A DNA stretch of 64,000 nt from Antedon mediterranea (GCF_964355755.1 NC_092676.1:29096871-29160870); one strand, 5' to 3'. Shown: positions 34,934 to 48,948, counted from the stretch's first letter. Notes: generated by a model from the letters alone, not told the origin. Translations and numbers: made by a program.

Positions 34934-37900
34934 ATGGCGGAGGCTGAAACTTATTCTCGTAGAAATTGGGTAAGTTTTTGTGTTTAAATGTTTTAATGAT
35001 ATAGTTGCGCATATGTATCTAAGCTATATGTATTGACTCATAGTATGCAAGTAATACTCTTTATAATAATATAATTGGTTAGCTGCTATATTTTACTATA
35101 GTCTAGGCCTAGGCCTCCCTACTTCTACTCTAGCCAGCCACTACTAGGCCAAGGCTACCTAGTAGTACTACTAGGCCTACCTACGCTAGCTAGGGAGACA
35201 GTAGGCAACCAACGAGCAGCCCTAGCTAGCCTAGAGGTATGCTGGGTACGGGACATAGGCCCAGCTGGCAGTGCTTCTTCAATTCCCGAGAGTTATGATA
35301 GGCTATATTAGCATTTGTATTGTTGTTGTATTATTTATGTACAAAACATTTTTAAAGATGTATTGTCCCCCAAAAACATGAAAAATGAACATTAAAAAAA
35401 ATCAAACTTTGAATATGCCATTTTGTAGTTTTAACAAAGTTAATCACTTCTGTAGAAAAAAAAAACGAAAAAAATGTGTCTGGTACTGGCAAGAAGTAGG
35501 CTTATCCTATCTGATCTTAGTATCTATTCTGTCTAGCTATGCCTTATTGTACTACTACTAGTATTAGCTAGTATATAGAAGGGCCCTACACACGCTACAT
35601 ATGCTGCTAGCTACTGCTCTACTTCAAGTCAGTAGTGACCAGCCTACTAATTAATATAATATTAATATAATTAGTTAATATAGTAGTTTAATTAATGGTA
35701 AAGGAATCGAATAGAAAGAGCTTATTTATTGCATTTTGTTCATCTGACCAAGGTCAACCTTTTTCCCACATGCAGGTACCCTAGGCTTTATAAATTCCTT
35801 GGTAAAGACAGATTTATTAATACATTATATTAATATGTATACCTTTTGTATGAAATCTGTTTGGCCCAGATTCAACCATGTGACTGATTTAAGTTGTTAT
35901 TATGTCATGGTTCATTGATCTTTGCAAGATCAGTGAAGCATGGAAGTGAACCTCATTCAGAGTTGGTTTATGATCTTAAGTTAGTAGAGTGTAAACACTA
36001 GAGGCTAGCAAAAAGTAAGCCGAGTACACATCCGTAACATACACTGTGTGATAACGTCAGTCGGTTATTATCGTGACACTGATATCCAGGATAGTGTTGG
36101 GGACGGTTATTATCGCAACACTGATATCCAGGATAGTGATTGAGACGATTATTATCGTGACACTGATATCCAGGATAGTGTTGGAGACGGTTATTATTGC
36201 GACACTGATATCCAGGATAGTGATTGAGACGATTATTATCGTGACACTGATATCCAGGATAGTGTTGGAGACGGTTATTATTGCGACACTGATATCCAGG
36301 ATAGTGTTGGAGACGGTTATTATCGTGACACTGATCCAGGATAGTGTTGGAGACGGTTATTATCGTGACGCTGATCCAGGATAGTGTTAGTTAGAGACGG
36401 TTATTATCGTGACACTGATATCCAGGATGGAAACAAACCCTGCTCCGGAGAAACACGAAGAAGACAGTGTGTCAAAGGATGATGAAGGTGGCGCTTTGTT
36501 GCGTAAAGTAACGGAAGAGACAAATACTGAAATAAATATTGTTCGCTATTCGACTAGAAGTAGGGTCAGTATTCATACTTCCTGAAAGGGGCAAATATTT
36601 GGTAGTAGTCATTCTAAAATGTTTAGTTTATTTGGAAGAATTTTCTGTATTTCATTTGTATCCACTTTTTATTTTATATTATCGGTTATTTTGATTTTTC
36701 TTAGATTGGATTTTTCATCCTTGGCCTATTAACATTTCTGCCTTACACTGTTGTAAACTGTGCATCTAGGGATATTGTTGAACAGTAAGTTAATATTGTA
36801 CATTAATCATATACATTCTGCCATTCTAAACCATCCGGTAATTTAGTTGCAGTAATTTACTGTTACGTTTACCTCGAAAGTTGGAGAAAAGGTTTTTTAA
36901 AAGCTGAATTAGATTGTACTTCCTTGCATAATTGTAAGACATTGTACATTGTCCCCAAGTACAGTATTTGTTTAAAATGTACACTATATTATACTGTACT
37001 TCCTTTAGTTTTTGAACTCTCTGAATTAATAAATACAATTCTGCACTATAATAGTGAGCCCTTTGTTTAAAAAAACACTTTCTTTTTTAAAGTTATGGGA
37101 AAACAAATCTTATAGGTATGATATATGGAGCCAACATTTCTGCCTCAATTATTATGAAATGTAAGTCAAGATATGTTACTTTTTTTTCTAGTATTTTAGC
37201 TCTTTTACAGTTAGTATGTATGTCTACAGTAATGATGCTGCTAACATATAGAAACCTTGATCTCTGCATGGTATCTTGTTTTTTTTTGTATGCTAATTGT
37301 TTAATCAATATTACACAGATTATTACCCTCACTAAAATGAATGTGAACAAACTTGTTTAATATTCATAAAGGCCTTAGTATTTACATGAATAAATAATGA
37401 ATTTAAGATAGAGTTAATATATTCTACTTTCGGTTTAACTGTTAATATAAAAATTGTATTATGATTTTTTCAGAATGCATGCATAGAAAATAATTTGGAA
37501 CTTTAGAATCAAATTCTGTTTCTGGAATTAGTTCCTGTCTACACTATCAAACTTGTTTGACAAAAAAAGTGTGATGTGCCCAAATATTGTATAGTGATAT
37601 ACCCAAATATGGTAGTGATATGACATCATCATTTTCATATATGGGCACATCACATTTTTTGTCACATAATGTTTGATATTGTATCTGACAGAGATTTGGA
37701 GAGTCTTTTATCAGAGAGTTGACTGTATTAATAGTAAAGTGACCCTAGTAAAACCATGTGTTTGAGCATAGATACCGATCATATCCTCAAATACCTTCAT
37801 ATAGATACACAATATACTCGCACATAAAATAATAAAGACAACCTAAAACGAGAGAATTTATAAATTGACCAAATTGTGTTGAAAGTGAAAGAGATTGTTA

Positions 37901-40900
37901 AAATAAATATTATTATTGCGACCTTTTGCATTCTTTGCAGTACTAAACACATTTGTACTTCTGAGGGTTCCGTACGGAATCAGATTTTTTATCAATGGGA
38001 TATTGATGGCCCTAGGTAAGTAATATAAAGGTGTTGAAATTGAAACATATTTTGAACAATACAAATTTTTAACGGTTCGTTTATAGATATAAAAAGATGG
38101 ATTTGATGTCTTGGAAATTCCATTTTTACTTCCTCCAACGGTTTCCTAAAAAACAAACACTTGTGACCTTGTGTTTTGTATTCAGTTAATATGTCCTAAG
38201 AAATATAAAGTCACCTGATTTGGTCATGTGATAATCACATGATAGTATTAAATTGCTGGGAGAGAAATATTAATCATACTGTACATTATAAACATTATTT
38301 TTATTATAAGCTTTATTATAAACATTATTTTTATTACAAACATTTATTTTTATTATAAGCTTTACTAAATTTTATTCATTAATTTTAGATAATATTGTCC
38401 TTTAAAGTATTAAACAAAATTGAAACAAGCGTACACAAAATAAAAAAATGCATTTTTAGCATAATAATTATAATTTGTTTGTTTCAATTTTATAGGAATT
38501 TGTGGCATAGCATACGCTTATAACTTTCCATTGGCAGTATGTTCAGTTGTAAGTTTCATATTCAATTATTTATTTTTGTTTTTGTGAGGTAATTTCCAAA
38601 ATGACTGTATAATTGGTTATTAAGCTTCATAATTAGACTCTATATCTGCTGATTTTTGGTATCAATACAATTTCCTTAAAACAATATTTAGTTTTAATCA
38701 GATTTAAACTTTTTTACATTTTTATAATTGGGTTTTTTATTTTTTTATTTCAACTCTGTAATTGGTGAATTGTGTTACCGTTATTAGTGGTGATAAATAA
38801 AATAAAAAGTAGTAATAAAATAAAAAAACTAAATTGCTTGGAATTTACAAACTTTGTTATTTCTTTTTAGGTATTTGTGGGTGCCAGTGCTGCCTTTGGT
38901 GAAAAGTAAGCATTTATTTGGAATCTATTATTTTGAAAAATGTTTGAAAGTAAATTAAATTAAACTGAAAGAAATACAGTTTTGCTATGGACACATGATA
39001 GCAAGTACAGTGTACCGTTCATATTGAGAGAGGCATTGGAATAAATCACTGACATTAAACAGCCAAGACTGCAGTTATTTAGAGAAGATTATTTCCATGA
39101 GCTCTATCATACTTTATGTGACCAAAAAATATCATGTGCCCATATATGGACATAATGATGTCATATCACTACCACATTTGGGCACCTCATTTTTTTGTCA
39201 AACTAGTTTGATAGTGTAGACAGAGCTTAATGGTTGTTGTTTTTCTTGTTAGTGTTGCGCTTGGGTACCTGAGCCGTTTTGACAGTAGGCTTGTAAATGC
39301 CTGGTCCAGTGGCACTGGATTTGCTGGACTAGTTGGCTCGGGAATGTATGTCATATTTGGTAAGTTACATTCAGAAAACATACATTTTTTGTGTGTAATT
39401 CTGATGAATAATGAGTTGAAATAACTTTCAATTTTAAAAAAAAAATATTATTTTTGTATGTATAGGTTGTGCAGTAATAATGAAAGGAAAGGAAATAGAA
39501 AATTTAAGTGATAAATTAAACAAGTAAGTTTCAATTGTCTTAATTAATGTTTCAGTTTCGCAATTAAAAAAAAAAAAATGTGATATACATTACTAATTAC
39601 TACAGAAATGTACTTCAGAAATGTACTTGCTTGCTTTTGATGATGAATAGATACCTTCACATATCATAACATCTTTAATATTAAACAACAGTTTCAACAG
39701 AGCCTCATAAAACATATTTAGAGAGCTCAGTGTGTTATCTGGGTTAAGCTTTATCAGACCCTTTCCCAACATCAATGGAACCAAGAACGGTTAAAGAAAA
39801 GAGGCACGGTTTGAGATTTTGTCATACATTTAACATGTTACCATTCTGAGTAAAACTATTAAGATTATGCTTTATATTCACTTTTGTGGTGGGGGGCGGG
39901 GGGATGTTAATATTTGGAACCTTACTGATCTATTTGAATGTTCATCTCATACTTTTGTATTTACTATTTTCAGATATGCTTTCCTAACCATGTTACCGGG
40001 TATCATGCTCTATTGGGTTGCATACTTATATATCATTCAAAAACCTGGAAGTCCACGGACTTTACGTGACTACGCAGGCAGTGCGCCCTCTATAGAAAAT
40101 CATACAAGTACTAATGGCCGATATAGAGAGAATGGTCACAGAGCAGTTTTAGACTCTACAAATGGTACGTGTTAAGATGTTAGTAATTTAGAACCTTTTT
40201 TACAACTCCAATGCGGCTAAATCATGACAAGCTTTATTTACTGAGTGAGGGCATGTAGCGCAGTGTGTTGGATGCTGGATTACCGATCATGAGGTCGTAG
40301 TTCGATTCCAACTCTCGCCGCATTGCTTGTATCCTTAGGCAAGGCATTTATATTTGCCTCTCCCCACCCAGGTGTATAAAATGGGTACCCGGTTAGATCA
40401 AGACACAACTTTGTGCTTATTACTAGCTGCATTATGGGAGTATGTTTCCATACGTGTTGATGCAAAAAAAATGGCCGGGGTATAATGCTTGTGAAGCGTG
40501 TTTGAGCATGATTACTCATGAAAAGGGAGCTATATAAATGTGGTATTATTATATTATTGATAATTTCATTTTAGCTATTTTATACCATCAATGCGGTGAT
40601 TATGAGACGTCTAGCATTACGACAGAAACAAGTATTATGGAAACGTGGCATGAACAGATACGGCCGACGGTTCGCAGAATGTGGATATGTTTGAAGCAAA
40701 TCTTTTGGTTAGCGTTAAGTGTGAGTGTACATTGTCCTACAACATCCTGATGATGAAAACTAAAGCTCTGTTTACACTATCAATCTTCATGTGACAAACA
40801 AATGTGACGTTCCCATATATGGACATGATGACATGATATCACTACCATATTTTGAAACGTCACACTTTTTTGTCAGACTAGTTTGATAGTGTATGTAGAG

Positions 40901-43090
40901 AGAGCTTAAGATATATTAAATAAATCTAAAACCAATCGATTAGGTAATGAACTGGTAACATGATACTATCCCAACACTCTCCTCAAAGCAAGCTTTTCTC
41001 AAGATCCAAAAACTTCCAAATTAATTGTTACCATTAGAAACACATTATGAATACCAGTGTCAAAGCTTACTTCAATCAAATAATGTGATGATGACCAACT
41101 CTTGTCATTGTTGTTTTGTGTTACTTTTTGTCTTTTGGACGTTAATAAATGTTCTTTAAATTGAATTTAAAGACAAATAACAATTGAAGACTATAAACAG
41201 TCCTGAATAAACCATTAATACATCCCAGATGAATTGTTATTGATTAGTGTCCTGATTTCTCTCAATCAAATAATGTGAGGATGATTTCTCCAAAAGTTAG
41301 GACCGACAAGGGAGAGACAATAACAATGGGAGACCAGTTCTGAATAATCCATGCCTACATATATATGCCATACATATAATACATATTCCAAGATGAATTG
41401 TTATACAAATAATGAATGTTTATGAGTGTAATGGTACAAATAATGGCACTTGGTGAATGATGAAAGGTTATATTTCAACGAGGCGATGATCAAATAATGT
41501 GAGGATGATTTCTCCAAAAGCTAGGACCAACAAAGTTGAGACAATAACAATGGGAGACCAGTTCTGAATAGACTATGCCTACAATATATATATATATATA
41601 TACTCCAAGATGAATTGTTATTAATATACTGGTTTATATTTTTTTCTATAGCTATGTTTATGTACCTTTTGTGAATACACTATACGTATAGCTTCATCAC
41701 GCGTAAGGTACGACAAAGAGTATGATGAAAGTTGCCCAGAACTTTACGCCTCATTGCAACTGTGTTATCAGGTAAGGATTAGTTGTTCGTCACATTTTTG
41801 TTGTAAATAAATGGATATGTATACAATATTGTCATTCATCCGTCATCAGTGGTATACTGTACCTTATTATTAAGCTCTGTCCACACTATCAAACTAGTTT
41901 AGTAATTTAGTAGGGATATACCAAAATATGGTAGTGATATGACGTCATCATGTCCATATATAGGGCACATCACATTTTTTTGTCACATAATAAAGTTTGA
42001 TAGTGTAGACAGAGCTTAAGTCAAGAAGACAAAAAGAAAGAATAATTGTTGCTTTTTTTCTTTGGCAGGCTGCCTTGTTTGCATCTAGATCTTCAGTACA
42101 AATCTTGCCAATCAGAAAAATTGGAATCTTAACATGTATACAGATTATCAATATGGTAGTGTGGGTTGTGGATATTAAAGTAAGTTTGTGCTTTAAAAAC
42201 ACCAACGTTTAAAGTCTAGTTCTGAGAAAGAAAGCATGTTGATCCCCATGCTATGCTAATAAGTCAATACACATTAGTTTTTAAATCATGGTGGTTATTA
42301 AAATTTCTGTCTCGAACCAAGGACTGTGGAATTGGAAAGCAAGTATGATCCCAACCTACCTATGCTACCAACTCCAATTACGTCAATACAAATTAGTAAT
42401 AATCATGTTCCTATTTTATCTTTACAGTATAAATACTTACCAGTGTCCATCTTGCCAGCTTATATGATTTTAGTCGGTCTACTTGGTGGCGCTGTTTATG
42501 TCAATGTATTCTATATGTTACTTAATGACGACAAGTATCCACGCGACGACAGGGATCTCTGTACGAACATCGCTGCAATCTTCATTACCATGGGTAAGAT
42601 AGCATAGATTTTTTAGGCAAGGTTTTCTCAATTAAGACATATGTCTCCCAGACAAACACACCATTTATCTAGTGATTCAAATATGGTATGCTAATGTGCG
42701 CCATAACTGATTGATAAATAATGATAGGTTTGTTGAATAAGCACATTACATGTTTTCTGTATTAAAATTATCTTCAATTATTTACATTTATTAAATATTG
42801 TTTCGTTTAATTATTTATTTGACGGATTAAATCGATACAGTATATACTGGGCAGGAGCAGGTTTAAACAAAATACATCGATGTTACTCAAATAAGTCAGC
42901 TACCCACAGACTCCACAATACCTTACTATTTCATTCATCAGTTTCTTTTTACAGTTAAGAATAAGAAAAAATTCATAAATTAAAAGAGATATTTTCTTTG
43001 TATTTTTCAGGTATTAGTTTTAGTTGTATAACACAAACTGCTCTTTTAAACACAGTGTTTAACACGAAAGGTGTAGGAAAAGGAATTTGA
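34934..43090 (+). CDS. CLN3: CLN3/battenin (BTN1) family membrane protein, multi-exon
   Basis: Exons splice in frame: 34934-34969, 36705-36784, 37093-37160, 37941-38015, 38496-38548, 38871-38905, 39253-39359, 39466-39523, 39974-40164, 40575-40720, 41652-41771, 42069-42179, 42428-42593, 43011-43090. Motifs: RNWIGFFILGL, AFGE, AWSSGTGFAG, CYQAALFASRSS, GLLGGAVYVNVF. Family assignment is firm; 1:1 orthology is not. Confidence 0.88.
36062..36428. repeat. 42-bp minisatellite (~8.5 units)
   Basis: Unit GGTTATTATCGTGACACTGATATCCAGGATAGTGTTGGAGAC. Confidence 0.95.
36427..36564 (+). CDS. Putative alternative first coding exon of the CLN3-family gene (46 aa)
   Basis: ATG...METNPAPEKHEEDSVSKDDEGGALLRKVTEETNTEINIVRYSTRSR followed by AGG|GTCAGT, a phase-0 donor in frame with exon 36705. 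Confidence 0.6.
40247..40558 (+). mobile_element. tRNA-derived SINE with CORE-like domain and L2-like tail
   Basis: Box A TAGCGCAGTG, box B GTTCGATTCC, TCCTTAGGCAAGGCA...CCACCCAGGTGTATAAAATGGGTACC, and a tail GCTATATAAAT...(TTA)n. A fragment also occurs at ~43303-43330. Confidence 0.75.
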
Positions 43091-43621
43091 AGCAAACACA
43101 GCTGTTTAAAATTCAATGTTGATAATCTGTTCACCACAGCAGCTGGGATTTGGTAATCTTTTTATTATCATTTTTTATTATATTGCAAAGGATTAAAATA
43201 ACTGAAACGGAAACTAATATAAAATAGTTTGATTGCTGCAGTGCCTGTACCAAAAATATACTCAACAGTGCTACACTTACAAATAATAGTTTTGTTTGAG
43301 TATCCCACCCAGGTGTATAAATGGTTACCTTTAATCAAAAGGAATGCGATTGGAATATGATGAACATTTTGTAACAAATTGTGATTTATTATAATTTTCT
43401 ACTGAATACTCAGTTAAATAATGTGCAATTTTTGTAAAACAATCGTTGATATATGTTTCACGCTATTTTTAGAAAATATCTTATTTGTAAGTTGATTCAC
43501 GTTAATTTATATAGAAACTCAGATAAATTATTGAATTTATATTTAGATATGTGAAATAGGCTGCTACTGAACGGCAGTGGTGAGGAATAATTTAGAAGGG
43601 GTGTGTTTTAGGTACTTCTAA

Positions 43622-43785
43622 AGCTTGGTTCCCACTAGAGACTCAACGCAAGAACGTAGAAGCAACGCAATCGAGTTGACTAATGAAAAGGGACAGTTTA
43701 AATATTTTATTGCTTGTGATTGTTCAAATCACATACTGTACGTTGAGTTACGTCCTTGTGTTGCTTCTCTAGTGAGAACCAAGCT
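43622..43785. mobile_element. MITE family B (TIR AGCTTGGTTCCCACTAG, flanked by TAA/TTA), representative copy
   Basis: Inverted ends and internal TTGACCAAT/ATTGGTCAA motifs. Other copies near 20878-21010, 21780-21890, 27053-27200, 54473-54661, 62737-62893 and 63366-63530. Confidence 0.8.
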
Positions 43786-45060
43786 TAAAAGATGGAACTA
43801 AAAAGACAAATTATTGATATATATTATTTTTAGCAACTAATAGAAAACTAAAATGTTTGTATTTATCTTGGTGATGTAAAATATAAATAGCTTACCTGTG
43901 ACAGAAAAATGATGCAATCTTTACAGACACTCGCTCTCTATCGCGTCCTAAAATCCTTGATGTGAACCGGTGAAGCTCTGCAAGATAAACATTTTTATTA
44001 ATTTATTGTTTTTCTGGATATCTGAATATTATGTCGTTTCTCTATGTATCAATTAAAATTACTTAAATTTATTTGCCAACCAAATATATTTGTGATACTT
44101 GATTTGAGATATTTGTATATATTTTATATTTTAACGGACTTGAATTATATCAGATACATTTTATATGAACATTCCTTTGAAAACGTTTTTTATTTTTTTT
44201 GTTTGTAAATCATTGCATTTAATGTACTCCATATTCTCAAGAAAAAACATATTTTGGACCAAACAGTTTTAAATTACATCATATGCAGAATTTGTTTGCG
44301 TCAATCAATTCATGATCAATTGAATTTTAGTCGATTCTTCATACTATATTTATAATCTGTCCAGTCACATATGTATCACATGTGACACCAATACAGTGTC
44401 ACATATGCATCACATGTGTATGTACCTTTTTATCTAGTTTCCAAACTCAATAATGCTAATATTCTATTATTAAGCATATGGTCACTTAAATTACTGTAAT
44501 CTCGTCTACCAAATGCTTTTTAGCCAGCTGAAATTTAAGTAAATTACTCATCTCATCTGGTTGAATTAAGTTAAAAGCATATTGATGGTTAAATAAACAT
44601 CAAGTTATTAAAAGTGTGTGTACATGTTTTATTGAATATAATTCAGAAAATAAAATGATTTTACATAGTACTGAAAGACTTATCTTTGTTTATTTGATAA
44701 AACAAGCATTTGTAAAACCTGTTTTTAATAAGATCGTTACATAAAAATTCACATAAAAAAAGCTAAGTGTACCAAAATGTATTCCTAGATACAGTAATAC
44801 ATTTGATATTTTGTACATAATTTTCCTATGGTCCATTTTTCTAAACTAAGTCTCCTCTCTAACAATGTTTTGGAGATTTTTTTTCAAGTTTTGTTGTTGA
44901 ATACAGCCACTGGACTAAAAATCAACTGTCTCTTCATCATAATTGAAAGCATCTGAATACATGGTGTTTTAATTTTAAAATCTTTGAATAATTTTTTGAG
45001 CTAAAATTGTTTAATGAAAATATAATTTTTGACAATAACATTCACTACATAAAGTGTGAA

Positions 45061-48000
45061 TCATGGCTTATCCTGCTTTGAACAAAACAACCCGTCCATG
45101 TTATCCTGGCTAACAGTGTCATTGTCACCATGGCAACTATGTTTGTATATTTCTAAAAATTCATCTAAGAACACATCCCATTTTTTCTGCCAAAGTTCTT
45201 TCAATTCCAATTTTTTCGTGTCCGAGAGAGCTGAATACCTGAAAGAAAATTGAAGTAATTATTATTAATTTATTATTTATTTAAATAAACCAAAGATTAA
45301 AATAACCACCTAATTCTCTGTACTGTATCTTCACATATGGCTATTTGTCCAGTGTCATACTGTAGGCAAATTCTGTAATACTACTGACCAATGATACAGA
45401 TGTCACATGTGATACATTGTAATACTGTATTACAGAACTTGCCTATGATACTGGACAGATTATAGATACGGTACTGATAATTGGCTAAAATAACACAGAG
45501 CCTACACGAGTAAACAAATATATATTGTCAGTAATTTTTCTTTAGTTAAGTTAATATAAATTCATCGTATACTTAATAAAATCAAAACTGCAACTTAAAC
45601 AAAACGGATTCTTTACTTTATAGAGTTGAGTGCAAGTTTCTTCAAAGTCCTTAAATCCGCCTTCTCTCCTCCAAATGCCATGAACGCCTCATAGAAATCA
45701 TATGAAAGTCCTTTAGCACCCCAGACCACAGGGTCATCTGAGCTGATGACAACTGGGTAGTCATTGGCTAGTAGGTAGGTACCAGGATGATTACGTAGGT
45801 CATCGACCAACTTAAGTACCTAAAAGAAAACAATAAATAAATTAAATATCTACATAAAGTTAAAATATTCACCTACTTCTTTTTTCTATGAATGTGTTAA
45901 AAAAAGCATAAAAGTAGAGGTGGGCTTAATTTCTTCCATAAAGGGTCATGCCAGGTATTTTTTTCTCACCTGGTTGGATATTGGGTTCAGTTCTAAAGCT
46001 ATACCACGCTTTTTGACCTCTTCAAGTACTTTAGGATGTTTTAAGATAGCGTATGCATGTCCAATACGACTTGAGTTCAATAGTAAAGCATCAATAAGGT
46101 TTTCATCAATGCTTCTGCCTTGCCAATCTGTGAATAAAGTGTAAAGAAATTCAGTTAGAAATCACTAAAAGTTTGATGTGATTTGGTAGTGATATACCCA
46201 AATATGGTAGTGATATGACACCAACTAAAGTCCTTTCGTTTTCACAATGCACCACTAGACAACACAATATTCTTTTTTTTATAAAGTTTCAATGTTGTTC
46301 CTTGAACACCTGTGTCCGTAGTCACCAATCACACTTAAGTGAGATATTTCCCTTAAATATTTCACTTAACTCAATAAATATTTAAGTATTTCCCTTAAAT
46401 TGTATTCATTAAAATGTGTGTGTGTGTTTGGTGAATACGGCCACTGGATACTAGACATCCAATAAAAGTTAAACATACTGTACCTGTTTCTCCAGCATGA
46501 AAGAAGAAAGGCAATTTAACATTTTGATTGGCTGGTTCCAATAGCTGGTTAATAAAGTGATTGAGAGAGTAGCCTACGTCTTCTTCACCAACTAAATCAA
46601 AACCTATCATGGTGTCTGGAAATTTCTTTATTAAATCAATTGCTAAGGTCACAGCATCTTGTACTGCTTGTTCAGATACAAATCTATAATAAAAAAATGA
46701 TTATTTGAAATTAGCATAGCATATTATTTTAAAGATATGTGCTCTGCATAGCACAGATCTTAAAATATGCATCCTCCATCTTCATAATGTAATTGAAAAA
46801 AATGAAATTCTTGATATCAATACTAATGTTTATATATATATATATCACTTGCACTGAAGAAGGGCTAGTGTTGCCTGCAAGCTCTGCTAACTTTTCTGGC
46901 TGTTTTACTTTATCGTTTTGATTTAGCTTTTCGCTTTTTTTTTGTATCCTCATTGAGATCCAGCCACTGATACCCACAGCATTGTCATTTTTTCAGTTAT
47001 TTGCCTTTGGATTTATATATATCATTTTATATATTTATTTTATAATAATAATAATAATAATCTTCTGCCACTATCATCAAAGTGTATTGTGACCAATAGT
47101 GGATCCAGTGTTTGAAGGGAGTGAGTGGTGAGTGGGGAGGGGCCTGCTTCGCACTCTACGTCTTACACCACTACATACCATTATCATCCAGTTGTACCAT
47201 TTAGGCTCCTCCAGTTTATACACGTTATTAGTAAAGTGAAATGAAATGATAGATGTTCATAACTGTATAATTTGCGCATTATAATTGTCCTTTGTATAAT
47301 GAATGTAGATCTAATATATTTACCTTAATGATGTATAGATAATGTTGGCATCATAGAAGTTAGGATGAGTGTCTTTGTATTCTTGAATGACGTCTTGAAA
47401 CATTTTCATTGTATCCATCGGATTACCTTTACTCTCATCCTCAAATTGAATCTGAAACATTTAAAGAATATTAATCAATGGTAGGAGTAGAGTTCTGATA
47501 ACAAAATTAAGCATATGCTTATTTACCGGTAGATAGGAGTAGAGTTCTGATAACAAAATTAAGCATAATGTTTATTTACTGGTAGGAGTAGTGTTCTGAT
47601 CTCCATGTACTGAACATTGTCCTCTTCAAATTCACTCATAGCCTGATCAAAGTAACTCTTAAAACCTGCAGAGGAGAATACCAGATCTCCAACAGGTTCC
47701 AAGGAAGGACCAAACTTAGCCCAAGAGGCATTACCATTGGGGTACGCTGTATGTGGATCGTCTACTACCATTGAAAAACTCTGCATTAGCCTGTTAAGAT
47801 AACAGAGAATAATTAAGAAAATAATTATAGTTTGTTTATTTGATACCATTATTCTTTTGTTCTTGAGACTTAATAGGGTCCATGATAAGAATGTTGCATC
47901 TTTTTTCTTTAATTGCATTTGTATATTTTGTTATGTCATCATTATCTATTATAAATGTTAATGTTGTTGATAAATGAGTATACACTGTAAAAAGACATCT

Positions 48001-48948
48001 TTGGTAATAAAAGTACATATTGTATGGTTATAATAGGGAACTTATTTATACATGATAGTGTATTGACAGTCCTAATTACACACGTCAACAACCAATAAAA
48101 TAAATTTTCAATTTATAATATAAATCAAAATCTTACATTTCATCAAATACTCTTACATTTCTCTTGCGAGTTTCTGAAACAAGTTTCCAGTTGTCTTGAC
48201 AAAGTAGGTGCGGTGATGGAATATTTTTGGAGAATTTGAAATGTAAAATATCAGGGCCATCTGACTTTGAGTCTTTACAAAAATACAGATTTGGAAGGTA
48301 TGTCAGATTTTTTATGACCCAAGTGACATTTGATAATGACATCTCATGAATATGCAAAGCAGATCCTGAAAAAAAAAAAAATTAAACTATATTTACACAT
48401 TTTATCTATCTACTAAAATATTTTTAAAAGTTAATAATTAATAAATGTAAATTGTTTTTACCTAATAGCTATTTTTCACATGACTTATATTATCAATACA
48501 TTTCATTTAGTATTGTAAATTTCTTTCATATCACTTTATTATTTGTTGTACCAATTAATCCTCCTGAGTGGGATTCACTGATTTTGCTGACTAATAACAA
48601 AATAATAAGTAAAATGATCTAAGTACCTTTTGGCATTTTCTGAATAACTTGAAACACTTTACTTGCTTCAATGTCCTCTTTTGCAATCAAAAAATTTCTT
48701 GACGGTGGAAAATTATTTAATTTTTCTGCAGAATCAAACTCCATTTTCTTGAAATGCATAAGAGTCGCGTTGACAGCTTTTTCCTTTTCGTTCAGAGTAA
48801 CATCCCAACCTAACATTTTGTCTGATTCCGTCTTCAGATACTGCGATCTCATTGCCTCGTACTGCCTCACATTCATTGCAAATGATAAAGTATTGGTAGA
48901 AAATTGTAAAACGACCAAGAAGAATGCAGCATTAACAATGGACAACAT
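45061..48948 (-). CDS. ADA2: Adenosine deaminase 2 (ADGF/CECR1 family), secreted, 8 coding exons
   Basis: Exons 48948-48627, 48365-48137, 47790-47580, 47451-47324, 46683-46484, 46127-45970, 45819-45617, 45238-45061. Signal-peptide-like N-terminus and motifs [44 protein letters not shown]. Confidence 0.95.

Noticed and set aside
36073-36384. 103-aa repetitive ORF (TLISRIVLETVII)n
   Set aside because: It is a by-product of a 42-bp minisatellite, has no ATG start, and the frame breaks in later units.
15273-48948. Functional adenosine module (adenosine-receptor-like GPCRs near ADA2)
   Set aside because: The receptors lack the long Cys-rich ECL2 and the TM6/TM7 signatures of adenosine receptors, and proximity alone is not evidence of a shared pathway.
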